Positions 17,556 to 25,780 of a stretch of DNA of 64,000 nucleotides are shown here, piece after piece. The DNA comes from an uncultured bacterium (GTDB taxonomy: Bacteria; Patescibacteriota; Minisyncoccia; Phycocordibacterales; PALSA-1337): assembly GCA_903839725.1 (NCBI GenBank), contig CAIMDG010000002.1:305117-369116 (forward strand), in the 5' to 3' direction. Made by a program: the position numbers and the translations under genes. Position 1 is the stretch's first letter, and every line of letters starts with the position of its first letter. A model generated the notes under the pieces. The model was not told the DNA's origin, did no database searches, and saw only the letters and a list, made by a program, of their open reading frames with translations.

Positions 17556-18344
17556 ATGAATCAAAAAATTTGGAACATAGGTGCAGGAGTGGGAATACTC
17601 ATCATTGTGTTCCTTGCAATTATCTCTATCAAGGAAATAAAATCTATCGCATATGTTGGAAAGAGTGAACAAATCATAAACACTATTACTGTTTCAGGTA
17701 AGGCTGAGACAACCAAGAAGCCCAATATTGCAACATTCTCTTTCACGGTTACTGAAAATGCAAAAACAGTCACTGAGGCTCAAAGTAGTTCTGCAAAGAA
17801 AGTTGATGCTGCATTAAAAATGCTAAGTACATCAGGTATTGCCCAGAAAGATATAAAGACACTCTCATACAACATAAGTCCACATTATGAGTATCAGGCA
17901 GGTCTATGTTCAGGTCGCCCAAGTGTTTGTCGTCCAGGAAAGTCTGTATTGACTGGATATGATGTCAGTCAGTCAGTTCAGGTCAAGGTTCGTGATTTGA
18001 CCAAAGCAGGTACAATCTTTGGTTCTATTGGTGCACTTGGTATTCAGGACGTGAATAATCTCAGTTTCTCAATCGACAATATTGATGGAATTAAGGATCA
18101 GATTCGTGCGCAGGCCATCGTTGATGCCAAGGGCAATGCTGAGGTTCTCGCAAAACAACTCGGAGTCACTTTGGTACGTGTGAATAGTTTTTATGATTCG
18201 AGCGATCAGGGAAGCCCTATCGCATATGGTATGGGTGGTGGAGATATGATGAGTACAAAAGTTGCGTCTGTTGTGGCCCCATCTATTCCAGCAGGGGAGA
18301 ATAAGATAGTAAGTACGGTGAATATCACATACGAGATCAAGTAA
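17556..18344 (+). CDS. SIMPL (DUF541) domain protein
   Basis: N-terminal TM/signal, then the SIMPL pattern TVSGKAE...TFSFTV... Terminator 18365-18390. Confidence 0.55.
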   Translation: MNQKIWNIGAGVGILIIVFLAIISIKEIKSIAYVGKSEQIINTITVSGKAETTKKPNIATFSFTVTENAKTVTEAQSSSAKKVDAALKMLSTSGIAQKDIKTLSYNISPHYEYQAGLCSGRPSVCRPGKSVLTGYDVSQSVQVKVRDLTKAGTIFGSIGALGIQDVNNLSFSIDNIDGIKDQIRAQAIVDAKGNAEVLAKQLGVTLVRVNSFYDSSDQGSPIAYGMGGGDMMSTKVASVVAPSIPAGENKIVSTVNITYEIK

Positions 18345-18500
18345 ATATATAGAAAGAGAAACAAAAAACCGCTGTATGCGGTTTTTTGTTATTGAGCTAA
18401 CGTATAACTTACGTAAGTTGGAACATGATATTGCAATGTTACGAGCAACATAAAAACCCGATCTCATACGAGAGTCGGGCTGTCCGCAGGGTAGTGCAGG

Positions 18501-19079
18501 CTAACGAGTTGCTGGACGCAAGAAAAATCTTTCGATTTCAAGATCAGCTTTGACGTTCGCTCGATAATTTTCCATCGTAGTGGCTCGAGAACCTGCTGAT
18601 TTCGAAAGAAAAGCATTACGGGAATCGTGGTAGGCCTTCAAGAATGCCTCATCTGAAAACCACGGGTAATACTTTGTCAAAACCTGAGCAGCATTGTAGC
18701 CACGTCGGGTTAGAAAGATTCGTGCATTCATGAGGATTTGTTTCCGCAAAAACTGGCCGGTTTGGTCATTGGGCACTTTAACAATAAGCTTGTGGTCAGT
18801 TTCCTCCTCCGCCACCTCATAGTTGACCTTACCGTATACCATTTTTGAGTGCCGAACAAAGATGGCTTGTAGTCTTTTGTCGTCTGAAAAAATTTTACGT
18901 TGTTTCTTCGTGAGGATGCCGACGAGAAAAAATATACGCGCAACACAGTCAACAGTTGTCCATGTGCCAAAATCAATTTCCTCTACTTGTTCATCCGTGA
19001 CCTTTGACCGAAAAAATATGCTCAGAATAAAAAGGTCAAAAAACACATCTGGTGTAATTGCCATTCCTTTGGGTAACAT
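18501..19079 (-). CDS. hypothetical protein
   Basis: 192 aa with no secure motif. Apparently co-oriented with the NDT-like gene upstream. Confidence 0.4.
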   Translation of the reverse strand: MLPKGMAITPDVFFDLFILSIFFRSKVTDEQVEEIDFGTWTTVDCVARIFFLVGILTKKQRKIFSDDKRLQAIFVRHSKMVYGKVNYEVAEEETDHKLIVKVPNDQTGQFLRKQILMNARIFLTRRGYNAAQVLTKYYPWFSDEAFLKAYHDSRNAFLSKSAGSRATTMENYRANVKADLEIERFFLRPATR

Positions 19080-19186
19080 TGTTCCTTTCCTGAAATTCTT
19101 TTTCTTGCGTTATTGCAAGTTTACAAAGAATCTAAAATTTAGAATAAAATAACACCATAATATAAAAATGTCAAGTTGATGATGTG

Positions 19187-19597
19187 TTACAATTCAAACA
19201 CTGGTACTCCTGCAGCCTTACAATATTCAATTTCACTCCTTGTTCCTGCAGATTTCTCCCAATCGGGGAGGAGGTGACACGAGGTAATTTTTCCTGATTG
19301 TATGAGGGGCTTATAAAATACTTCGAATTTTGTTTTATAGTCAAAGGGTGCTTCACCGAGGACGTGATCGGTAATAGGGAGCTGGTTGAAGACCTTGAGA
19401 CCCTTCTTTTCAAGTTTGTCCTGAGCTTGTTCAAATAGTTTGAAGTTCTCTTCGGCAGGTCGAATAATGAACATTGGTCCCAGAACCATCGCCGCTCCTC
19501 CTTCTGGTATTGTTTCGAGGGCTCGTTTGAGTAAGTTACTATAGAAATCTTTTGTTTCTTCAGCTGTCCATTCACGCTTTGTTTTGATAGTTTCCAT
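19187..19597 (-). CDS. nucleoside 2-deoxyribosyltransferase-like (DUF4406-like) protein
   Basis: FIIRP...SAGTRSEIEYCKAAGVPV matches the NDT-fold G(S/T)xxE(I/L)GxAxAxGxPV motif. Confidence 0.4.
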   Translation of the reverse strand: METIKTKREWTAEETKDFYSNLLKRALETIPEGGAAMVLGPMFIIRPAEENFKLFEQAQDKLEKKGLKVFNQLPITDHVLGEAPFDYKTKFEVFYKPLIQSGKITSCHLLPDWEKSAGTRSEIEYCKAAGVPVFEL

Positions 19598-19669
19598 TGT
19601 GTCTTATATTTTAATTTAAAAAAGAAGTATTGTCACATGAGGCCTTTGTTGAGCCTCCTATATTCTCGA

Positions 19670-19699
19670 TTGACTTATAGATTCTAACCTGATATTATA
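19670..19699 (+). promoter_or_regulatory. sigma70-type promoter (TTGACT-18-TGATATTAT) for secE-nusG-rplK
   Basis: Consensus -35 and extended -10. Shares the ATTCTAACCTGATAT core with other promoters in the window. Confidence 0.55.
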
Positions 19700-19740
19700 G
19701 TTCCTGTAACTCCCCACAGGAGTTTTTTAATACAAAACCT

Positions 19741-19917
19741 ATGAGATTCACACAATACGTCAAAGATACACGCACCGAATTGACTCACGTCAACTGGCCT
19801 ACTCGCGAACAAACTATCAACTTCACTCTACTCGTTATCGGAGTTTCAGTGGCCACATCAGTATTACTTGGTTTGTCAGATTTCGTATTCTCAAAGCTTC
19901 TCACTCTTCTCTTCTAA
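19741..19917 (+). CDS. secE: preprotein translocase subunit SecE
   Basis: 58 aa, MRFTQYVKDTRTELTHVNWPTREQTINFTLLVIGVSVA..., single TM. Conserved position immediately upstream of nusG. Missed by the ORF track because of size. Confidence 0.65.
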   Translation: MRFTQYVKDTRTELTHVNWPTREQTINFTLLVIGVSVATSVLLGLSDFVFSKLLTLLF

Positions 19918-19937
19918 CCAATTAACTTTTATTTATT

Positions 19938-20483
19938 ATGACTAAACAACACACCACAGGTGAGCGTTCATGGTATGCCATTCATACCTATGCAGGCTAT
20001 GAAAATGCTGTTGCACGCAATTTGAAGCAACGTATTGAGTCTCTCGGCATGGAGGGTAAGATTTTCAATGTTATTGTGCCCACCGAAAAGAAGATCAAGG
20101 TCAAAGCAGGCAAGCGCGTTGAAGAGGAGGAGAAGATCTATCCTGGATATGTGCTCGTTGAAATGATTGTGACCGATGATTCATGGTATGTTGTTCGCAA
20201 CACTCCACGCGTTACCGGTTTCGTTGGTGCAGGAGTTTCCCCAGTCCCACTCGATGCAAAGGAAGTTGAATCACTCTTTGCTCGAATGAACAAGGGTAAC
20301 ACCGAACACACGATTGACCTTGGAATAGGGGATCTGGTCAAGGTGGCCGATGGTCCATTCAAGGACTTCGAGGGTAAGGTTTCAGAGGTTGATACACAGC
20401 GCGGTAAAGTAAAAGTCCTTGTCTCAATGTTCGGTCGTGAGACACCAGTAGAACTCGATTTTCTGCAGGTGAAGAAAGTGTAG
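19938..20483 (+). CDS. nusG: transcription termination/antitermination factor NusG
   Basis: WYAIHTYAGYENAV (NGN domain) and C-terminal KOW GDLVKVADGPFKDFEGKV. Confidence 0.9.
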   Translation: MTKQHTTGERSWYAIHTYAGYENAVARNLKQRIESLGMEGKIFNVIVPTEKKIKVKAGKRVEEEEKIYPGYVLVEMIVTDDSWYVVRNTPRVTGFVGAGVSPVPLDAKEVESLFARMNKGNTEHTIDLGIGDLVKVADGPFKDFEGKVSEVDTQRGKVKVLVSMFGRETPVELDFLQVKKV

Positions 20484-20488
20484 TGTCT

Positions 20489-20584
20489 CGATGCAAATAC
20501 GCAAATGTATGCGAATGACACGAATACATCGCACAGCTTCTTGGATTTATTCGCGTCATTCGTGTTCATTCGTAATTTGCATCG
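20489..20584. repeat. iteron-built palindromic element, copy A (between nusG and rplK)
   Basis: Arms GATGCAAATACGCAAATGTATGCGAATGACaCGAATA / TATTCGCGTCATTCGtgtTCATTcGtAATTTGCATCG around a variable centre. Each arm is made of tandem NNGCRAAT octamers. Copies also at 54351-54457 and 61309-61415. Confidence 0.7.
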
Positions 20585-20626
20585 GCACCTTGTATAAACC
20601 ATTAAGTTAGTATAATATCCATTATC

Positions 20627-21049
20627 ATGGCAAAAAAGATTGTAAAACAAGTAAAAGTTATCGCCCCTGCCGGAAAGGCAACCCCAGCTCCACCACTCGG
20701 TCCTACACTCGGTCAGGCCGGTGTTAACATTGGTGATTTCACCAAGAAGTTCAATGAAGCTACAAAGAACATGATGGGAGACATGATCCCTGTTCTTATT
20801 ACCGTCTATGAAGATCGTTCATATGATTTCGTACTCAAGACTCCTCCAACATCAAGTTTGATATTGAAGGCACTTAAGCTCGAAAAGGGTTCAGGTAAGC
20901 CAAATACTAACAAGGTTGGTACTCTCAACAAGGCTCAGCTCAAAGATATCGCAGAGAAGAAGATGCCTGACTTGAATGCTAACGATGTTGAAGCTGCAAT
21001 GAAAGTTGTTGCTGGTACAGCACGTCAGATGGGAGTAGATGTGAAGTAA
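20627..21049 (+). CDS. rplK: 50S ribosomal protein L11
   Basis: [47 protein letters not shown]. Confidence 0.92.
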   Translation: MAKKIVKQVKVIAPAGKATPAPPLGPTLGQAGVNIGDFTKKFNEATKNMMGDMIPVLITVYEDRSYDFVLKTPPTSSLILKALKLEKGSGKPNTNKVGTLNKAQLKDIAEKKMPDLNANDVEAAMKVVAGTARQMGVDVK

Positions 21050-21082
21050 TCTTAAATTTCAAATTTTAAATCTCAAAAATAA
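21050..21082 (+). repeat. A-rich AAATyTCAAA repeat, intergenic copy
   Basis: TCTTAAATTTCAAATTTTAAATCTCAAAAAT directly after the rplK stop. Same family as the four in-frame copies in ileS. Confidence 0.55.
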
Positions 21083-21106
21083 CACCGGAGACGGTGTTAT
21101 TTTTAT
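21083..21106 (+). terminator. rho-independent terminator after rplK
   Basis: AACACCGgagaCGGTGTT followed by ATTTTTAT. Confidence 0.65.
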
Positions 21107-21122
21107 GCGCTAAGAGTATTTA

Positions 21123-21362
21123 CTAGTACATCATTCTCGCAATTGCAATAATTGCGATAATTATCCAGACAATATTGAGGACACCAGATTGGTAATCTTT
21201 TTTATAAAATGAACCAATGACGATTCCTAGAGCACCTGAAATATTGAGGAATTGATACCAGATATTGGTGGTTTGTAATACAGAAAAACTTATCAATGCA
21301 TATGCAATCACTATGGCGATGACTCCATACCATTCATATATTTCTATTATTTTTGTTTTCAT
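21123..21362 (-). CDS. small membrane protein (hypothetical)
   Basis: 79 aa with two or three TM helices. Confidence 0.4.
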   Translation of the reverse strand: MKTKIIEIYEWYGVIAIVIAYALISFSVLQTTNIWYQFLNISGALGIVIGSFYKKDYQSGVLNIVWIIIAIIAIARMMY

Positions 21363-21380
21363 GTTTTATATTGTAACAGA

Positions 21381-21497
21381 GTAAGCACATACTACACAGA
21401 CTTTTAGGGACGCGGATATTTTTTTGCTGAAAAATTCCTAGTGCTCGCCTCAGTCAGGCTCGCAGTGTCCCTAAAAGTCTGTGTAGTATGTGCTTAC
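21381..21497. repeat. perfect 31-bp inverted repeat with 55-nt spacer
   Basis: GTAAGCACATACTACACAGACTTTTAGGGAC at 21381-21411 and its exact reverse complement at 21467-21497. Sits at the 3' end of the DHFR-like gene. Confidence 0.8.
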
Positions 21498-22006
21498 TTA
21501 ATAACCTTATATTCAACAAGCAATGTTCCACTCTCTGTTTTTTCTAGATTCACGAGTTCTAACTTATAGTCCAAAGTCTCTTTGAATAATCGGATACCAT
21601 TACCGAAGAGGGTAGGTTCGATAGTGAGGTACAAACTATCTACGAGTCCTGATTTCATGAACATAGTATAGATCTGAGAACCACCACAAATGGCTACTTC
21701 TTTAAAACCGCGAGTTTCTAATTCCTGGATAAGTTCAGTAGGTTCCTTGGTTGTCGTCTCAACACTTTCTGGCATATCTGGGAGTCTTTCAGGGGAGTAT
21801 ATGATATTGAGTCGATCCTTGAGTGCTCTACCACCGAATGTTTTCCACGTATTCTGGCCAGTAACTATAACTCCTGCACGTTTGGTCAGTTCCACGAAGC
21901 GCTTCTTGTCTTCTTTGCTCGTCCAGACCGTCGAAGGTGCCGAAGAATCTCTGGCGATGAAGCCGTCTACTGATAATGCTGCGATAATGAAGATTTTTAT
22001 ATTCAT
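21494..22006 (-). CDS. dihydrofolate reductase-family protein (RibD C-terminal domain type)
   Basis: MNIKIFIIAALSVDGFIA...GVIVTGQNTW...YLTIEP. ORF-track frame extends to 22081. Likely start is Met at 22006. Confidence 0.6.
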   Translation of the reverse strand: MNIKIFIIAALSVDGFIARDSSAPSTVWTSKEDKKRFVELTKRAGVIVTGQNTWKTFGGRALKDRLNIIYSPERLPDMPESVETTTKEPTELIQELETRGFKEVAICGGSQIYTMFMKSGLVDSLYLTIEPTLFGNGIRLFKETLDYKLELVNLEKTESGTLLVEYKVIK

Positions 22007-22054
22007 GTCAATATTGTACCATGTGTTTAATTGTGATAGTTTTAATGGACTATT

Positions 22055-22687
22055 ATGACAAGCAAAGGATTCACTACTCAAGGAGGTATATTTTCTTTCG
22101 GTTCAAATTTCGAAGACCGTTTTATTCCTGATTATAAGCGTCTCAAGAAAATCTCTGATCACTGCAAAGGTCTTGGACTCAAGGTTGTGTTGACTCAGGG
22201 TACATACGACATGGTTCACATTGGTCATGCTCGTTATTTCGAAGAAGCAAAAAAGCATGGTGACATCTTGGTTGTTGGAGTTGATAGTGACAAGAAGGTC
22301 CGTGACCGCAAAGGTCCAGATCGCCCCATCGTTCCTCAGAATGAGCGTTTGGAAATGGTAACTCATCTTCGTTCAGTAGATATTGTGACTCTCAAGGAGC
22401 ACAATATGCCTCAATGGCACCTGATTAAGTCCGTATCTCCAGATGTTCTCATTGTTACAAGAGAGACGGTTGATAAATATGGCAAAGAAAAGATGAAGGC
22501 TATGAAGAAATTCTGTGGACAAATAAAAATTCTCGAACCTCAGGCAGTCACCTCAACAAGTGCAAAGATCCGTCTTCTTCAAATAAAGATTGCAAAGAAG
22601 TTCGAAAGTGCACTTGCACCTAAGTTGGCGAATATGATGAATGAAGTATTGAGTCAGTCTGGACCAAAACATAAAAAATTAAAATAA
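22055..22687 (+). CDS. cytidylyltransferase-family nucleotidyltransferase (HxGH)
   Basis: GTYDMVHIGHARYFEEAKKHGDILVVGVDSD resembles the TagD/RfaE-II/RibL-type (H/T)xGH nucleotidyltransferase motif. Confidence 0.55.
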   Translation: MTSKGFTTQGGIFSFGSNFEDRFIPDYKRLKKISDHCKGLGLKVVLTQGTYDMVHIGHARYFEEAKKHGDILVVGVDSDKKVRDRKGPDRPIVPQNERLEMVTHLRSVDIVTLKEHNMPQWHLIKSVSPDVLIVTRETVDKYGKEKMKAMKKFCGQIKILEPQAVTSTSAKIRLLQIKIAKKFESALAPKLANMMNEVLSQSGPKHKKLK

Positions 22688-22688
22688 C

Positions 22689-23546
22689 ATGAAGCCTTCT
22701 GGCGCAAAAATAATTGTTGCCTATGTACCGGTATTACATGAAGGTTACATACGTTTTTTTAGTTCCCATACAGACGCCCAAAGACTTTTCTTATTGGGTC
22801 CAGAAATTATCAAAGATTTCAAGCCTCTTGTAAAAGATATACGGGCAATTTCGCCAGAGCTCATAAAAACAGCGATAGGTTCGTTGGGTTATTTCAAAGA
22901 AATTATTGTTACTAGTGCTTCAGAATTGGGGTCACTTAATGACAATGCTACACAGATTGTTATGCCAGATGAAGATGTTATGCATGAATTGCAAGCGAAG
23001 TATTTTCCTGAGGCAACAGTTACGTATCACTCGACTTTTCTTCGTTGGGATAAGCACAAATCTTTTGAACAAAAAGCAGTGGAAGCCGATCAACTGATTT
23101 CTAGCGCTGAATTTGATAAGAAAATGATAGGAGCCCTCAAGGACGAAGCGCAGAAGAGTAGTGACTTTTGGAGACAAATCGGTGCTGCGGTCATCAAGGA
23201 TGGAAAAGTTATTATGCAGGTACACAATTCGGCTGTTCCTGATGAACATATCCATTATACCGAGGGCGATCCGCGTTCAGATTTCAGCAAAGGAGTTAAT
23301 GTTGATTTCTCATTATTTTTCCATTGTGAGGCACAGCTTGTTGCACGAGCTGCCAAAGAGGGGGTCTCTCTCCAAGGTGCTGAGATGTACGTGACTACAT
23401 TCCCGTGTCCGACATGTGCAAAACTTGTAGCGTATTCTGGTATTAAAAAGATGTACTATGCTGATGGATATGGTGTTCTCGACGGGGAACGTGTACTCAA
23501 AAGTCAGGGAGTTGAGATTGTTTTTGTAAAGACTGATTCAAATTAA
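22689..23546 (+). CDS. CMP/dCMP deaminase-family protein with about 140-aa N-terminal extension
   Basis: HCEAQ and PCPTCA zinc-binding motifs of the cytidine/deoxycytidylate deaminase fold in the C-terminal half. Confidence 0.65.
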   Translation: MKPSGAKIIVAYVPVLHEGYIRFFSSHTDAQRLFLLGPEIIKDFKPLVKDIRAISPELIKTAIGSLGYFKEIIVTSASELGSLNDNATQIVMPDEDVMHELQAKYFPEATVTYHSTFLRWDKHKSFEQKAVEADQLISSAEFDKKMIGALKDEAQKSSDFWRQIGAAVIKDGKVIMQVHNSAVPDEHIHYTEGDPRSDFSKGVNVDFSLFFHCEAQLVARAAKEGVSLQGAEMYVTTFPCPTCAKLVAYSGIKKMYYADGYGVLDGERVLKSQGVEIVFVKTDSN

Positions 23547-23560
23547 GTGCAAAATAAAAA

Positions 23561-23590
23561 GCGGTTGCGCAGGGCAACCGCTTGATTTTT
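23561..23590. terminator. bidirectional rho-independent terminator
   Basis: AAAAAGCGGTTGCgcagGGCAACCGCTTGATTTTT between convergent genes. Confidence 0.65.
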
Positions 23591-23601
23591 GTGCGTGTCA
23601 T

Positions 23602-24201
23602 TCAAGACATGCGATCCTGGATGAGGGCCTGTTCTTCAAGGGGAAGAGCCTCAAATGGCGTGCCCGTCCGGATTTTTTCGTAAATGATGGCACGAGCCAC
23701 ACCAATAGCTTCTTCAGCCGGTGTCTTGCAGAAGGGTGATTCGACGCGGCCGGTTCCGTCAGGCACCATCATGTGAATGTGGAGATGGCGAATCGTTCCC
23801 GATGACATGGTCGCATCACCGTCACGCGAGAGAATACCACGGTAAGTGAAGTTGAACATCACGGGCAGTATATTCATGGCTACCCAGTATTCCAGTTGTT
23901 CCGCAGTCGTTAATTCCCGACTGTCCATCACGTGGCGTAACGGGATCAGCAGAAAATGGAGACGCGTAAATTTTTCTGGAGGACTGCAGTATTGGACCCG
24001 CCAATACTTCAATGAAGGAATTTCAACTGGCGTATTATATGTCCAATCGGGATTGCACAAAGCACAACGACCTGCCAATGCATCTTCAACAGCCTTGCAA
24101 TGCTGGCTGTATTTTCTGGACCGAGCGATGCACGCAAGCGTTACCGAATCGGTTATTCCTGGAATGATGAGAACACTGTTCTCTAACATGGTATGAAGCA
24201 C
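23602..24201 (-). CDS. HIT-superfamily protein (histidine triad)
   Basis: IRHLHIHMMVPDG (HxHxHxx) plus upstream Cys pair RCALCN. Confidence 0.55.
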   Translation of the reverse strand: MLHTMLENSVLIIPGITDSVTLACIARSRKYSQHCKAVEDALAGRCALCNPDWTYNTPVEIPSLKYWRVQYCSPPEKFTRLHFLLIPLRHVMDSRELTTAEQLEYWVAMNILPVMFNFTYRGILSRDGDATMSSGTIRHLHIHMMVPDGTGRVESPFCKTPAEEAIGVARAIIYEKIRTGTPFEALPLEEQALIQDRMS

Positions 24202-24302
24202 AAAGAGCCTTTCTTTTTTGGAGGACGTGATTGTCCATAGGTGAGTCTAGTCGCGCTTTGTGAACATGTCAACAGGCATGTTCAAGACTAAACAATATCT
24301 CC

Positions 24303-24779
24303 TTATTTACCGCCGGTATAGTTTTTGGGTTGACCTATCTTTACCTTGAATGATTCTGTCTCACTGAGAGCATCCAAATCAGGCTCTATCATGTGTGCGT
24401 GTATGTGAAGCACCGTACTCCCGTAATTTCCTTTCTCGGGATTACTGCCAAAACGAATAATAACACCACCGCCTATTATATTTCTTGCAATAGATATTTC
24501 TTTGAAAAGAGTCAGAAGTTCTGCGGCTGCTTCAGGTTCAAGTTCGTTGATGTGTTCGATGTGAGTCTTGTGGATAGCAAGTAACTGATGTTTTATTTTG
24601 GCATATGGCCATTGATTGTCTGTAATCAACCAGTATTTTCCTTCTTTGAGGATAGGATTTTTGTGATATTTCTCAAGATTTTCAGTACAAAATGGACAAT
24701 GGCCATTTTGCTGTATCTCTTTCATGACACGTTGCTGCTCTTCACTTCTCGTATTAACCATGTTTATGAATTTGCTCAT
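24303..24779 (-). CDS. HIT-superfamily protein with CPFC zinc motif (GalT/Ap4A-phosphorylase-like)
   Basis: GHCPFCTE ... VLHIHAHMIEPD. Confidence 0.55.
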   Translation of the reverse strand: MSKFINMVNTRSEEQQRVMKEIQQNGHCPFCTENLEKYHKNPILKEGKYWLITDNQWPYAKIKHQLLAIHKTHIEHINELEPEAAAELLTLFKEISIARNIIGGGVIIRFGSNPEKGNYGSTVLHIHAHMIEPDLDALSETESFKVKIGQPKNYTGGK

Positions 24780-24788
24780 GAAGGTGCA

Positions 24789-25700
24789 TTATATCGCAAC
24801 AGGGATACCTTTGATACCTGGGTGTGGGTTGTAGTCAGAAAGTGTAAAGTCGTCTTTTCTAAATTCAAAGAGATCTTTCTTGTCTGGATTGATCGTCATT
24901 GTTGGTAATGCGCGTGGTTCACGGCGAAGCATCTCTTCGACGGCCGGAACCTGATCTATATAGATGTGTGCATCAGAAAATGTGTGTATATATTCATACG
25001 CTTCTGTACCAGTAGCTGCTGCAATCGCCATAAGGAGAGCGGCATACTGAACCATGTTTGCGGGTACGCCAACAGGAACGTCCGCTGATCTCTGTATCAT
25101 GTGAAGTGTGAGCTTGTTATTCAATATTCTCAAGTGGATCCAACCGTGACAAGGTGCGACAACTACTTTTTGTTGTTTTCCAGTACCACGTATTGTGTAT
25201 TGAGGTATCCACGGAGTAATGAAATGTGTTCGGAGATGAGGAAATTCTTTCATCTGTTCAACAATATTTTTGAATTGGTTGTAGGTAGATCCTTCAGCAG
25301 TAGGGAAGTCATGAAAGGCTGCTCCGTATGAACCAGGTCCGAGATCTCCCGTTTCTAGCCCTCTCTTTTTACATTTTACTTCGGTGCCCCATGGAGCCCA
25401 CCATGAACATCCGAATTCCTCGAGCTTGTCGAGGGTACGTGCTCCATTCACGAAGGCAAGAATTTCTGCTATAGCTTGTTGCCAAATAGTTACTTTGAGC
25501 ATCTCTGATACCTTGGGAGCCATGTTGCGCTCGGTAATCATAGGGAATCCATTTTCTAATTTGAAATGGATCGAGCCCGGCCCCATGAGTGTTATTGCAT
25601 CGACTTCTTGTTGTGTATTGGTACGCACTCCTTCTTTGAGGATGCGGGCGAGTAAATCTCGGTACTGAGTATCTGGTGTTCTTTGTGTGTATGGTTTCAT
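24789..25700 (-). CDS. thyA: thymidylate synthase
   Basis: APCHGWIHL (catalytic Cys), QRSADVPVGVPANMVQYAALL (dUMP-binding Asn retained), C-terminal NPHPGIKGIPVAI. Confidence 0.92.
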   Translation of the reverse strand: MKPYTQRTPDTQYRDLLARILKEGVRTNTQQEVDAITLMGPGSIHFKLENGFPMITERNMAPKVSEMLKVTIWQQAIAEILAFVNGARTLDKLEEFGCSWWAPWGTEVKCKKRGLETGDLGPGSYGAAFHDFPTAEGSTYNQFKNIVEQMKEFPHLRTHFITPWIPQYTIRGTGKQQKVVVAPCHGWIHLRILNNKLTLHMIQRSADVPVGVPANMVQYAALLMAIAAATGTEAYEYIHTFSDAHIYIDQVPAVEEMLRREPRALPTMTINPDKKDLFEFRKDDFTLSDYNPHPGIKGIPVAI

Positions 25701-25780
25701 ACATGTATATTAGCTTATTTTTTTGTGTAGGTCAGCAGTGTCAGGATATTATTGTGTGGTATTATGAGACTATAAATTAT

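Noticed and set aside
20138-20650. Minus-strand ORFs 20138-20650 and 20359-20559, and the N-terminal 45 codons of ORF 61324-62085.
   Set aside because: They run antisense through nusG or are generated by reading through the palindromic iteron element. Two of them share the peptide HSHTFAYLHR purely because of the repeat.
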